In this document: positions 26,490-40,278 of the stretch, in pieces
How the letters are laid out: the number at the start of each line of letters is the position of its first letter
How positions within the stretch are numbered: position 1 is the stretch's first letter
Assembly (NCBI GenBank): GCA_002269645.1
Contig: NIVC01000989.1
Span: forward strand, 62,001-126,000
Source of the DNA: Macrostomum lignano
Taxonomy: Eukaryota
Length of the DNA stretch: 64,000 bases
Direction of reading: 5' to 3'
Position numbers and translations under genes: made by a program
Notes under the pieces: generated by a model
Told to the model about the DNA's origin: nothing
What the model saw: the letters and a program-made list of their open reading frames with translations, nothing else
Database searches by the model: none

Positions 26490-26530
<41 letters not shown>

Positions 26531-26665
26531 CGTGTACTCAGTTACACCTCTCACCCTCCACTTCTCCTCTCTACCCAACCCCCCCCCCTGTATTTCAGTT
26601 TGTAGTTAAGGCGAGGGAACTGCGTGTGTTCTCTCCTCTCCTCTCCTCTCCTCTCCTCTCCTCTG
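26490..26665. repeat. (GA)n and (CTCTC)n microsatellites upstream of the RING gene
   Basis: (GA)n at 26490-26527 and (CTCTC)n at about 26628-26665. Confidence 0.85.
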
Positions 26666-27276
26666 TCTCCGCGCTCTGGGTTGGTGGCAATCAAGTAGTA
26701 CAGCTCGTTAGGTCAAACCAATAGTTAGGATCTGCTATACACCAGCGCGTACTATTAGGCCTTGGTAGTAGTGCTGCCTGCCTATTGGCTAATGCCGCAT
26801 TGGGGGAGAGACAGACAGAAAGACGGAGTACGCGGCAGGCTTGTGTGTTTCTCCCTTTCTCTCTCTCTCTCTATCTCTCTCCCCTCTCCACTGCCCATAG
26901 TCCAGTTGCAGGCGCAGATATACAGGCCCTATACCACACGATGCTGCTACGCATATAAACATTCAGATAGAATGATAGATGAAATGCACACAGCACACTT
27001 AGATGGAGTCTGCCGGGTTGGACCGATCGTGTCCTTAAAACCCCGGTGTGTTTCCGGGGGAGCAGGAATTCTGTGCTGTTTATAGGTTTCCCCAGAGAAC
27101 ATTTGAAAATAAAATTGCAGTGGCTACAAGTAACAGCTGGGGCTAAATTATTTTATGTTGCAGGATCTTTTTTTACAGCTGTCTTGGTTTTGTTTACACT
27201 GCGAACAATTTATTGGTAGGGTAATAAAAGTACATGGCAGTAAATACCTATAAACTTATGGCTTAGTAACTTTATA

Positions 27277-28435
27277 ATCTGGGAGTGTAGCGGGTGGCCC
27301 AGCAACTGAGGATCTGGGAGACTGGCCAAGCAACTGAGGATCTGGGAGGCTGGCCCAGCAACTGCATGAGGATCTGGGAGGCTGGCCCAGCAACTGAGGA
27401 TCTGAGAGGCTGGCCTAGCAACTGAGGATCTGGGAGGCTGGCCCAGCAACTGAGGATCTGAGAGGCTGGCCTAGCAACTGAGGATCTGGGAGGCTGGCCC
27501 AGCAACTGAGGATCTGAGAGGCTGGCCTAGCAACTGAGGATCTGGGAGGCTGGCCCAGCAACTGAGGATCTGAGAGGCTGGCCTAGCAACTGAGGATCTG
27601 GGAGGCTGACCCAGCAACTGAGGATCTGGGAGGCTGGCCCAGCAACTGAGGATCTGGGAGGCTGGCCCAGCAACTGACACTCTGGGAGGCTGGCCCAGCA
27701 ACTGAGAATCTGGGAGACTGGCCCAGCAACTGAGGATCTGGGAGGCTGGCCTAGCAACTGAGGATCTGGGAGACTGGCCCAGCAACTGCATGAGGATCTG
27801 GGAGGCTGGCCCAGCAACTGAGGATCTGAGAGGCTGGCCTAGCAACTGAGGATCTGGGAGGCTGGCCCAGCAACTGAGGATCTGAGAGGCTGGCCTAGCA
27901 ACTGAGGATCTGGGAGGCTGGCCCAGCAACTGAGGATCTGAGAGGCTGGCCTAGCAACTGAGGATCTGAGAGGCTGGCCTAGCAACTGAGGATCTGGGAG
28001 GCTGGCCCAGCAACTGAGGATCTGGGAGGCTGGCCCAGCAACTGAGGATCTGGGAGACTGGCCCAGCAACTGAGGATATGGGAGGCTGGCCCAGCAACTG
28101 ACACTCTGGGAGACTGGCCCAGCAACTGAGGATCTGAGAGGCTGGCCTAGCAACTGAGGATCTGGGAGGCTGGCCCAGCAACTGAGGATCTGGGAGGCTG
28201 GCTCAGCAACTGAGGATCTGGGAGACTGGCCCAGCAACTGAGGATATGGGAGGCTGGCCCAGCAACTGACACTCTGGGAGACTGGCCCAGCAACTGAGGA
28301 TATGGGAGGCTGGCCCAGCAACTGACACTCTGGGAGACTGGCCCAGCAGCAACTGAGGATCTGGGAGGCTGGCCCAGCAACTGAGGATCTGGGAGACTGG
28401 CCCAGCAACTGACACTCTGGGAGACTGGCCAAGCA
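27277..28435 (-). repeat. Minisatellite, 28-bp unit (array B), inverted copy of array A, ~41 copies
   Basis: Unit AACTGAGGATCTGGGAGGCTGGCCCAGC is the reverse complement of array A; the variant AACTGACACTCTGGG is also shared. Confidence 0.97.
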
Positions 28436-30039
28436 AAAATGCCTTTGTCAAAAATGCCTTTCTTCTAGCCTTCAAAGTATGCTCATTAGGCATCGAACCG
28501 TGTAAATGCATTGAAGCATATCAGATTGCAGAAGCAAGCACAGAGTAGACTGTACTTCCCTGTCCTTGACAACCAGAGGAGAGAGAGAGAGTTATGCATT
28601 CATGGGAGCTGATAGCAATGCTGGCAGAGGCGTGTAGCCTCCCCTCAGCCAGGGCTATTCCAGTGCAGCCTCTATTTACACAGCTGTCTACGCATATAAA
28701 GAAGTCTTGGCATGCTTGTAAAGTAATGTCAACTCTCCTCAACTGTTTTATTGCACGTCAGCAGATCACAGTAATGTGTGTCTTGTATTATTCTTCAAGC
28801 TATATAGTCTTACGTGTTCGTATATAGAATTATTTTACTGCATATATACTTTTTGGTTTAAAAGCATTACACTGAGTTGGTCATTTCCGTCTACAGAGGC
28901 TAATGTGTCTCGATTTTTTAGCGGTTTGCATAAATAATTTAAAGATTTCCACGCGGTCCTTTTATACAATACTCATCTGAGACTGTGCAGCATTTGTGAT
29001 GGGAATCCAGAAAAAAATCCAACATTTCACCTCCTTTTACGCTTGAATAAATATTCCGCCTGTAATAAATATCCCCCACTGTTGCAAAACATCGGGGGGG
29101 GGGGAGAGATCTGTCCCAATCTGCAGATTTCGTCTCTTATGATGGGTCCGTGTGTTGAATTCTTGATGGGAGTTGAGAATTTTGCCATCTCCTAATCCTA
29201 TCGGCCGTCTGTGACCGATAGGGATGGCGATTAGCATGCGTGTCTGCAGGCCGCCAAAGCGCGGGTTCCGGAACGCAACAGCTGGTTTTGGAATAAAAAA
29301 ATGCTCAGCTTCATAACAAAATGCAGCTATGGAAGAGAAGTAAATGGGTATAGATTCTCAGTGAGACTAATCCCCCAGCTTCATCTGCAAAGAGCAGCTG
29401 GAGAAGAGCAAAATGAGCCGGTCCTGTCCATGCAAAAAATGAAAACCTCTTACAGTTCAAATCCACATGTTTTCTTTGACAGCTCTCTGTCATCAAGTAG
29501 AAAGCCAGAGAAACGTGCAGTGCAACACGCGACTCGGCTCAAGAAAAAGTCATTTCAAATCAACTGGAAATTTAATCAGCAAGACGAGCAACGATCTCGT
29601 CATCCAGTGAGAGCGCCCTACTAATAATAATATTTATTCCTGGCCCAGAGCTATAGTTCAGCCACATCAAAGCTAGGACGTCAACAACACAGACTTGTCA
29701 AATAAAGCTGCAGTCTGTCGCTCTGATAGGAGGTATATATTATACTAATCCAAAAACATGTTTATGAATGCACTAATCTCTCAAGTGACGCGAAAATGAG
29801 ATCCTTCAGTTAATTAGCTTTAGCGCTAAAAGTACACTTGTACTGGTTCGCATGCACTCATGTAGTGCAGACAAACAATTAGCTAAGTAAGTCTGCGAAT
29901 AGTGTGCCTATACCCAACTTTTTTAGCTAGTTCTTTACCTGGGTAAGAAGACTCTTGGGCGAGTCTAACGTTGAGCTGTTGATGTGTAATTTTGTGTTGT
30001 TATGTGCCGTCGGCGTTTTGTTGGTTTTGGTTCTGTTAG

Positions 30040-30780
30040 TGCTGTGTGTTTTGCTGTTGTAACGCTATGTGTGTTCTGCTGTTGTAGCGATGTGTGTTTT
30101 GCTGATGTAGCGCTGTGTGTTTTGCTGATGTAGCGCTGTGTGTTTTGCTGATGTAGCGCTGTGTGTTTTGCTGATGTAGCGCTGTGTGTTTTGCTGTTGT
30201 AGCGCTGTGTGTTTTGCTGTTGTAGCGCTGTGTGTCTTGCTGTTGTAGCGCTGTGTGTTTTGCTGATGTAGCGCTGTGTGTTTTGCTGTTGTAGCGCTGT
30301 GTGTTTTGCTGTTGTAGCGCTGTGTGTTTTGCTGTTGTAGCGCTGTGTGTTTTGCTGTTGTAGCGCTGTCTGTTTTGCTGTTGTAGCGATGTGTGTTTTG
30401 CTGTTGTAGCGATGTCTGTTTTGCTGTTGTAGCGATGTGTGTTTTTCTGTTGTAGCGCTGTGTGTTTTTCTGTTGTAGCGCTGTGTGTTTGGCTGTTGTA
30501 GCGCTGTCAGTTTTGCTGTTGTAGCGCTGTGTGTTTTGCTGTTGTAGCGATGTCTGTTTTGCTGTTGTAGCGATGTCTGTTTTGCTGTTGTAGCGCTGTC
30601 TGTTTTGCTGTTGTAGCGCTGTCTGTTTTGCTGTTGTAGCGCTGTCTGTTTTGCTGTTGTAGCGCTGTCTGTTTTGCTGATGTAGTGCTGTGTGTTTTGC
30701 TGTTGTAGCGCTGTCTGTTTTGCTGTTGTAGCGCTGTGTGTTTTGCTGATGTAGCGATGTGTGTTTTGCTGATGTAGTGC
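30040..30780. repeat. Minisatellite, 23-bp unit, ~32 copies
   Basis: Unit GCTGTGTGTTTTGCTGTTGTAGC. Confidence 0.96.
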
Positions 30781-31529
30781 TATGATTTTCTGTTGAGCAG
30801 CAATGGGTTTAATGTGCTGTTGGTGTAAAACTAATGTGTATAGGATTAATGTGTATAGTAAAATAAGTGCACGTGAGGCAGTTACTAAAAAAGAGTGGCA
30901 AGGCGAGTGCCGCACAGTGGCTGCAGTCCGCATGTGTCAGCTTGATCAAAGTTGAAAAGCTGATTACACGACCAGTGGTCCGGACGCCAAGCAGGCCACA
31001 CACATATTTATGAGTTCGCTGCTATACCATATGAGCTGTCTGGGCCATAAAGGCATGAGCAGACGCATCAGTAATGAGTTAATTCCGTTAAACCCCCCGG
31101 CGGCCATACCACGCTAGAGTGCAAGGATGAGCCACTGGAAAGCAATTTTTCTAACTTTACAGTATTGTTGTTGACGGTGTGTACTATATTGTTGTCGTAG
31201 CGGCCACCGTCTGTGCCTATACAGTATATAGTGGCTATATATGGTAATTTATTTGGGGGCTGGTAATTAATGCGGGGTGTAGGATATCGGGCGTTTAATT
31301 ACGCTCAAGTATTAGTTTATCATAAACGTTATTTACATACAGTATACAGTATCTGCTTGTCGCCCGTGATCGTCCAAGCCCTCTCGGACTCTTAATAATA
31401 AAACGCACCGATATCTCATCACACAGACTAAAGATGAGTGATTCTTTTTAAAACAATTTTTTTTATCAAAAACAAATTTTCAATAGGGCATTTTATACAT
31501 GTAGATACTACATGTAGGTACATGATACT

Positions 31530-32490
31530 ATACGGGAAAGTATACGGGAAAGTATGCGGGAACCATGCGGGAAACCATGCTGGAAAGTATGGGGGAAAGT
31601 ATGCGGAAACCAAACGGGAACGTATGCGGAAACCATGCGGGAAACCATGCGGGAAACCATGCGGGAAACCATGCGGGAAACCATGCGGGAAAGTATGCGG
31701 AAACCAAACGGGAAAGTATGCGGGAAACCATGCGGGAAACCATGCGGGAAACCATGCGGGAAAGTATGCGGGAAACTATGCGGGAAACCATGCGGGAAAG
31801 TATGCGGAAAACCATGCGGGAAACCATGCGGGAAACTATGCGGGAAACCATGCGGGAAAGTATGCGGAAAACCATGCGGGAAACCATGCGGGAAACCATG
31901 CGGGAAAGTATGCGGGAAACCATGCGGGAAACCATGCGGGAAACCATGCGGGAAACCATGCGGGAAACCATGCGGGAAACCATGCGGAAAACCATGCGGG
32001 AAACCATGCGGGAAACCATGCGGGAAAGTATGCGGAAAACCATGCGGGAAAGTATGCGGAAAACCATGCGGGAAAGTATGCGGGAACCATGCGGGAAACC
32101 ATGCTGGAAAGTATGCGGGAACCATGCGGGAAACCATGCGGGAAAGTATGCGGGAAACCATGCGGGAAACCATGCGGGAAACCATGCGGGAAACCATGCG
32201 GGAAACCATGCGGGAAACCATGCGGGAAAGTATGCGGAAACCAAACGGGAAAGTATGCGGGAAACCATGCGGGAAACCATGCGGGAAACCATGCGGGAAA
32301 CCATGCGGGAAACCATGCGGGAAACCATGCGGGAAACCATGCGGGAAACCATGCGGGAAACCATGCGGGAAAGTATGCGGGAAACCATGCGGGAAACCAT
32401 GCGGGAAACCATGCGGGAAACCATGCGGGAAACCATGCTGGAAAGTATGCGGGAAACCATGCGGGAAACCATGCGGGAAAGTATGCGGAA
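31530..32490. repeat. Minisatellite, 12-bp unit, ~80 copies
   Basis: Unit ATGCGGGAAACC with variant ATGCGGGAAAGT. Confidence 0.97.
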
Positions 32491-34214
32491 ATCGTCCGGG
32501 ATAAGTTAAACACATCTATACGTCATCCTGGTTAAGCTTAAAAACATATCTATGGCGTTGGCGTTCATGTCTCTTTCACTCTCCCTTTTCTCTCCTTTCC
32601 CTTTCCTTTGTTCGCTGTTAGCCTTATAGTCATCATAATTTAGTCTATGGTTGAAAGTTAAAATCCCTCCCTTTCTTGCCTTCTCTTCGCCTCACCCCAT
32701 ACGGTTTAATTCTCTAATACCCGCCAAAACTTTGTCTGCGGTCGAAAGTCTTCCAACTTATTAGTAATTTTTCTGGTCGTTCAAATATCTAATAGATACT
32801 TTTATTATGGCAAATTTGGGAATATTTGAAACATATTGGGACATATTTGGGAATGTGTCCTCGACCACAGAGCACAATTTTGGAGGGTACACTAAAATAA
32901 TGTTAAAAAAACTGAAAATTTACCATTTGACTGATGCGTTTTGCAGGATGTCTCACACTTCCTTTTACACCACATATTCTATAAAAATATACCCTGTTAT
33001 AAAATATCTTTTTGATCCTTGCACAAGATTGCGCTATAGGACTCGAATACAAATGTTTTCTGTACTGTACTAATAGAGACGATCGAGTCCATTGGTTGAT
33101 CAATTCAGGTGTGCATGGTGACATGATCAGAACTTACATGTTAGCAGCTAGCATGCAAGAACATATGCAGGTCCTGCAGGTAGTAGCTAGGATTCGCGAC
33201 CAGATTACCGCTTATTTCATCGGCCCTCAGATCGAGCTCCACGCTCGTCGTACACTGTATAGTGTCAATTTACAAACTACTGTATGAATGGATGACATGA
33301 TATTCAGGACTTCGATCAGCCGGGGACAGACGATTATTCAGGACTTACAAAGTGAGACGATCGACTGCGAGTTTTAAATTTCAGATAGATAATAAGACAT
33401 TTTGGCTTTAAATTCTGTGTTTTAAAATTGACATTTGTAAAATATGTTACATCTACATGCATGTAAAGGCCGATTATGGATGCAAGATACGACGCGTATA
33501 AAACTAGTTTTTGGCAAGCTGCGCGAACACCATGCATTATATACATATTCCGCCATCTTTATGTATGACTGACGTCGGCTATCGCTAAACATCGGCATAA
33601 AATTACACTGTTATATATCACACCACTGCTGTTGCAGACGTTGTTGCAGGCGCATTGTTGCAGGTGTCACCGCTGTTGAAGGACATTAGTAAACCATATC
33701 TGTGAATTGACATCTCTCTGACATTAGACAACGCTGTACATATACATACATGATGTACACAGGATCTGTACGAGCTACTTGATCTGGCTTGTATTAAGCC
33801 ACTTGCGCCGGAAAGATCCAGAGCAGCTGCAGTCGAAGTCGACGAAACGGGAAGTGCGCAGCTGTCCGTCGTTACGTAAAGTAGTCTAGCTACCGCGTTA
33901 CATGTTACATGCGATATAACCGATGCCGAAAAGTATCGACATTGAAACAGTTACTGGGTAAAGCAATGTTTAAATAGTCTTCAGGTTTTGACGTTTGACA
34001 CGTACGAGTTTGAGGCTTTTAAAGATTTGCAAGCTTTCTAACGACTTGAGAAGCAATATTTATATTTAGGAATAGGAACTAGAAGCAATAATTTAAACGA
34101 GTTTACTGTATTATTTTTTAAACTTGATAAACTTTAAACTTTTATACTTTTTAATAATAAGTGACTTACAACACAAATGTCTTGTAAAATTGAACAAGAA
34201 GATCAATAAACGAA

Positions 34215-35397
34215 TAGGGCTCCTGAGTTTTGAATCCCGGGATACTCGGGATCGGGATATCCCAGACTTCGAAAATACCGGGATTCTCGGGATCGGGATT
34301 TCCCGCGGACTTTGCCAATCCCGGGATCCCGGAATTAAAAAAATCTAATCTTGGTTTTGGTTTACGAAGCCATCTAAACTGATCATTTTTAAAGGGCTCT
34401 CAATGATAAAGTAGAACAGCTAACAAAATATTTTGCTATACAGCAGGAAACTGACACACTGAGCTCTGAATTGGAGTGTGATGTACGGGCTGGCGTATTA
34501 GACGTGCTTTTTATATGCCAGTATCAGCTCAAGAAAATCACACTTGATTGTGATGTAACCTGGGGAATGATAGCTTATATTACAATATTACAGAGCTTAA
34601 TGGTCCGAGTTTACTGATCGATACCAGGGTGTAGAAGGGGAACAGACCTCACCCTCCCAGGGGGCACCCGCCCTAGATGGAGAACTGTAGCTTGGGTTTT
34701 GGTCCGGTAGCAAGGTCCCACTGTTCTAATCCCTAGCTACTACGGCCTTAAGGAGTTTGAAGGTAGGAACTGCTTAAAGTACATGTAGTTCTGCCACCCC
34801 TATGCTGGGAATAAAGGGTGTCCTAGCTGACAGTGCTAAGAATGAGGCCTTTCGCATAGGTGGGGGAGACTTCTAATCTGCGCAAGTCAAGACTTGAGAT
34901 CCCCTGATTCTAGCTGGGTTTGAGATAGAGCTGGGAGAGTTCAAGACTGCAAATGATTTGACTCCCGTCTGGCAAGCTATAGCACTGTGATCGGAAATAA
35001 TGAGGAATTGGCCTCTTTTGCTTTAGACTCTGTGCACAGGTTTTAGAATAATAATTAAATTTGTCTGCGAGTACCATATGCAAACAGTTACACGTACTAC
35101 ATTAATTATTACACCTGAAATCTCCTATACGATCTGCCCTGCAGCACTAGACTTCTGACTAGCCTGCATGTTTAAAAGATTATTAAATCAAAAGCAGGCC
35201 AACTGGGTTATGATTTTCACCTGATAAACTCAGCTGCAGATACTACTACTCGGCAATGAATGATTGAATTATTGCAAACCGGGATCGCGGGATCCCGATG
35301 GTCAATCCCGGGATTTTCGAATCTCGGACAAGTGTGATCCTGGGATTTAGAATCCCAGGATTCGGGCATAATCGAAATCCCGGGATTGTATTCCCTA
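34215..35397. mobile_element. Possible hAT-like non-autonomous DNA transposon
   Basis: TAGGG...CCCTA ends with dense subterminal CCCGGGAT/ATCCCG motifs at 34225-34335 and 35278-35390. No TSD found. Confidence 0.5.
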
Positions 35398-36343
35398 ATA
35401 CCCGAATCTACACAAACAGCTGGCCAGTCGCTTTCGTCATTTCGGTTTTAAATGTTTTACGATCTATTACGACAATGAAGTGATAATTTAAAAAGCGACA
35501 ACACTTAGCGTGTGAACTCAGACATGCAGCGCGCGCTGCTACAACTTGTGCGAGTGAGCGAGTCACTTAAATTTCCAATTACTACGAAACGTGTGTACGC
35601 GTGAAAGGAAGGGTGGAAAAATTATGAATAATTTTATTTGGCGTATGTATTTACAATGTGAAGTTTTAGGAAAGAGTGTAGAGAAGATTCGCAGTGATTT
35701 TTAAGCGCTAATTTCATGATTCACGATTCATTCATCAAGGTCTATCTAATACTCTAATAGTACTAATACTAGCACTAGGGCCTACTATCACTAGGCCTAA
35801 GCTTTAACCCTTGGGCCTTATTACCTGCTTTACTTACTTTTATATATGTATATATACCTTAGACATAGCTGTTAGACATAAGTCATAGGACATAGGGGCT
35901 TATTTAATCTAACTTGCCAGTGAAATTTATAACTAGGGGCCTATATAATTTTGAGTTTAGGCCCCCTATTAGTTAATTAATAGGAGGCCTAATATCTGAT
36001 CTTATATCTGGCCTAGGCCTATATCTGGCCGATATTAGATCTAGACTAGAGCTTAAAGTTTAGGCCTTAGGCCTAGTTTTAAATATATCTACTCTAAAAA
36101 AAAAAAAACATTGACTAGCAGACTAGCTAGGGCCTAGGCCTAAGCTAAGATTGGTTGAATATGCCTTTAAATCTAGATCTAGGCCTAGCCTAGCCAAATA
36201 ATTGGGTGGCCTGCCATGTGCCACCCCAAAATTTGATAGATGGAATGAATAGGCCTATTTGGTATTTATAAGCCTATCTAGGCCTAGGCCTAGTATTTAG
36301 AAAGTAGGTCATTTTTTTCTATTCGGCTCATTCTTAGATTTGT

Positions 36344-37293
36344 GGACTTCTTCAAGTTTATGTTGATAAAATACTTTCGATTTTTTGATTTTTCTGAAAC
36401 TTGCGGTGGAGACTTATGGGGTACCCAAAATTACAAAAGTGCAAAAAAGTGTAGAAAGTTACCTGTATGGTTGATGCAATGATGATTTACTTGATTCCCT
36501 ATTCTCTTAATGAGGTTCGGTGAGAAAAAGTTTCTACAAATACATTTTTGAAAGTGTATCCACTTGACTTTTAATTTTATGGCACATGTGCTCGAACTTC
36601 ATTAGGCCAATTAAAGATGAATATTAATAATAATATCTACAAATTAATATGCAAATGTTTTTTATATTTGCGGATTATAGTTTTTTAATTTAGTTATAAT
36701 GCATAGACAGTGCCATGTCACTATGTGCTTTTTTTTAAAAACTGCCACGTCACAACCCGCTCAATCTTTGCACTTGCACTTTCACTGCACCCAGCCAAAG
36801 CAACGTTCAAAACTCACACTTGTATTTCGCACCTCAAAACCAACTACTGTACAAGGCTAGATTACTGATTCTATTGTATTAAGGCAGTAACAGCACTTAA
36901 TTTCGGTAAGCAAATTCATTTAGATAAAGTTATTTTGATTCAAGTTTATGTTGATATAATTAAATAGAGATTCATTGTCAAATAAATTCCAACTTGTTTC
37001 ACCCCCCCCCCCCCTATTAGAATTGGAACTTATCAACACAATCTTGAATAGGTCTCTATGCCTCTATTCAAGTTTATGTTGATAAAATCAATCCCCATGA
37101 AGAATCTCCCCACCCTAAAACCCCCCATTCCCCATGCCCCGGTGGTTGGTTTTAAGCTACATATAATTGGGTTAAAGCTACCTAAAAATGGAGCGCAAAT
37201 TTGAAATCAGCACCATCAAAAACCCTTATAGAGACAAAATTATGATCCTATCCAAATTGAAACTATTTTATCAACATAAACTTGAAGAAGTCC
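36344..37293. mobile_element. Non-autonomous DNA transposon (MITE), 950 bp
   Basis: Perfect 30-bp TIR GGACTTCTTCAAGTTTATGTTGATAAAATA and its reverse complement; 8-bp TSD AGATTTGT at 36336-36343 and 37294-37301; internal partial TIR copies near 36938 and 37068. Confidence 0.88.
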
Positions 37294-38101
37294 AGATTTG
37301 TTTCCATTTTTTAAACAAATATAAGAATAAAACAAGATGGCAATTGTCAAGTTTCATTTATTAAATTATTTTGATTCTAGAAAAGTACTATACAAACTAT
37401 TTTAAGTAGGCCCCTATAAATAGCTATTCTCAAGAGACCTAGGCCTAAGCTTAATCAGATCAATAGACCCTAATTTTATGCTTTAAAACTTGTTATAATA
37501 TATGACACCAAAAAGCTACAATGGTCTATGGCCAAAACATTAATAAGTGAATGAGTCTTTATAGAAACCAATAAAAATATTGTGCTAGCCTATACTTCCT
37601 ATAAGTTTTTAGTATTTCTATGTGCCTAATAAACATCTACAATGATAGTGCTATTATATTATTGCAATTTATACAAGTAAATTAGCTGATTAATAACAAT
37701 GTTGAATTCACATGCAAACTAGAAATTAAACTAGCCATTTTGTTTTACTAAGCAAAATAATAACAATAAATAGTTTTTGTTATAAACATAGTCATCTAGA
37801 CAGTATATATATATGAGCCAATTTTTGCCCAAATAAACCCAACTTTCTAAACTTGCTAACTTACTGCTTGCTCTTAGCTCGTTCGTTCTATATTCTCAGA
37901 TAAACTTTGAAACTTTATTGAGTTAGTCATTTTAAGGAAAGAGAGAGTTACCATGCTCAGAAAATTGCTAAAAGAAGGGTTTGTAAGATATACAAAGGAA
38001 ACTCAAAGAGTTGTGTTATGACCTTCTAATCCCAGTGAATGCCCGAGTAGGACAATCTAATAAGTTCAAGTAGGCCCTATTAGTACTAGACCACTCAGGC
38101 C

Positions 38102-38190
38102 ATACATAAGATGCTACCAGACTAATACATAAGATGCTACCAGACTAGTACATAAGAGGCTACCAGACTAATACATAAGACGCTACCAGT
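38102..38190. repeat. Short tandem repeat, 23-bp unit, ~4 copies
   Basis: Unit TACATAAGATGCTACCAGACTAA. Confidence 0.85.
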
Positions 38191-38380
38191 ATATTCAAAT
38201 GAAATTTAAAAAAACAGTTAAAGAGTGAAAATAGAAAGTGCAATTAAGATAACTTTAGTAGATAGGAACAACACCTGTACAACTTTGGTGGCAGCTCGTA
38301 GGATATTTAATAAACACTAGCATCAATAGTTAGAGTTTAGAAAGACAAAGCCAAAAGCCCTGTCACAATATTATTGTTTA

Positions 38381-38900
38381 GGAAGTGCTTATCCCCACAG
38401 TCCCTTGCCAATAATTCCAATTTTATCCACATAGATCCGTGTCAATAATTTTCAGCTTATCCCCACGGCTAAAAACTAGATTGTGCAGTTGTTTATGTTT
38501 AGTTTTGTATACTGACGTTAAATCAATATTGTCATTATTATTTGTAATATTATCATTAAGATTATTATATTTTGAATTTTGAATTTTGCAAGTCTTATAT
38601 TCGCCTTGATCTTTGGGTTGTTTGGTTGTTCTAAGCATAAGCCAACAGCTAAGCAAATATTTAAAATTAACCCTTTTAAGGACAAAAGTTTTAACAAATT
38701 TTAACAAATACTCAGTATTATTCAGTATTCAGTACATGTAGTTTATTTGGAAGATTTATAAAACAAGGTTTTTGAACAGATTCATTTTAAGGTTCTTTAT
38801 TCCAATAAGCTGCCATGAGGATAAGCTGGAAATTATTGACATAGATCCATGTGTATAAAATTGGAATTATTGGCATGGGACTGTGGGGATAAGCATTTCC
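38381..38900. mobile_element. Mutator-like (MULE) MITE, 520 bp
   Basis: About 90-bp imperfect TIRs starting GGAAGTGCTTATCCCCACAGTCCC; 9-bp TSD TATTGTTTA at 38372-38380 and 38901-38909. A 9-bp TSD with long G-initial TIRs is typical of Mutator. Confidence 0.85.
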
Positions 38901-38949
38901 TATTGTTTATGGTCAAATTGCCATATTAGAAAAACTATATTAGAATAAC

Positions 38950-39680
38950 ACATTTTAATATAGCTTTTTGCAATCCATTTGGGCTTATACACCTTGAATT
39001 TAATCTAAGATAAGTCAATGTAATCAAGTTTTTGTCTATAGTAGCAAGGCTAAATATAGCTGCATTTAATTTGGTCTAAAAAGTATCAATTTGGTCCATA
39101 GCTGCAATTACAACTGCTGCAAAGGACTAGAAGAGCAAGATTAACCTTAGAATTGTAGACCCTTTGCTAGGCTTCCAGAAGAATGCCATTGGCTTGTGAT
39201 CAAAGCATGTGAATACCTGAAAGATAAGGAAACCATTGCTAGCATAGATTGCCTGCAAAAGGATAACAATTACCAAGGCAAGTTGCTAGAAGCTCAGGTC
39301 CAACTGCTACTAGATGTAATTGAGACAAACTCTTTGTTGACATTGCAGAAAATGTAGTACTTAGTTGAAGGAATGGTTCCATTTGGTTGTCAGATTTTGT
39401 CTACTAGGAGAGCTCTAAAAAAGCCACAAAATTGTTAGTAGAGATGCTACTATTCCAGTAGTATGCAATAGTCTACATATAGTTGCAAGAAGGCAAGAAT
39501 TTGCCAAATGGCTTATGAGAGTTTAGACCAAATTGATACTTGATGGACCAATCTAATTGCCACTATGCCAGCCTTGCTACCATAGACAAAAGCTCCATTA
39601 CATTCAAAAATGTATCCCGGATTAAATTCAATGTGCGTTAGCCCAAATAGGCTGCAAAAAGCTATATCTAATGTAATATT
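38950..39680. mobile_element. Old fold-back/TIR element with ~150-bp diverged arms
   Basis: 38950-39098 aligns to the reverse complement of 39523-39680 (shared blocks ATATAGCTTTTTGCA, TTGAATTTAATC, TTTTGTCTAT, GTAGCAAGGCT, AAGTATCAATTTGGTC). Termini and TSD unresolved. Confidence 0.75.
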
Positions 39681-40278
39681 AACATAACTGACCTAGCTAG
39701 TAACATAGCTAGCTAGAATAACTTGAAACCAAAAGTTTAGAAGTAAGTTTAAATGTGCTAATACCAATATTTGAAAAAATAGACCAGGTTGGCTAGAAAG
39801 ACTAAATTTTCTATAATTATGCCAAAAAAATCTTATTATATTTAATAGACTAAGCTATTTGAAGAATTTTATTTAGGCTGCAGAAGAAAAATGAGTAGAT
39901 TGGAGTGGGAACACTGGTTGAAACTAATTTATTAACATAATCTTATAGAAGTCCAATTTCCTTTTTATTTGTTACTTTCAACATTTCATTTTAAATATAA
40001 TTGCAATGCATAATATACCTTTTTAAATCTTCAAAAATGTTATAATACTTTGCCAAAATATTACTTTTGTGATTTATTAAAACATTACTTTACCAAAATG
40101 TTATGTAGATATAGCCATTATATATAAGATAAGCTATTGAAACTTTGATTTTGAGGTTGCTAAATTTGAATCCCTAGAACTATTTTTGCATACATTTTTT
40201 TGAAATCAAAAAGTCATTCCTATATTATTCTTAGACACTAGACACAAAATGGCTCTTTTTGCTAGCCATTCAATGTTA

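Noticed and set aside
29965-30933. 322-aa Q/T/H-rich ORF
   Set aside because: It is a translation of the 23-bp array (period 23 aa = 3 units); no coding evidence outside the array.
31428-32535. Six overlapping 225-365 aa ORFs (NHAG/MRET/PCGK/FPHG repeats)
   Set aside because: The 12-bp unit lacks stop codons in all six frames; there is no splice context or unique coding flank.
39185-39510. Possible Ty3/gypsy pol remnant on the minus strand (KFLPSC, ELLA, DHKP-like words in the expected order)
   Set aside because: The words are in different frames with wrong spacing and stops between them; chance cannot be excluded without a profile search.
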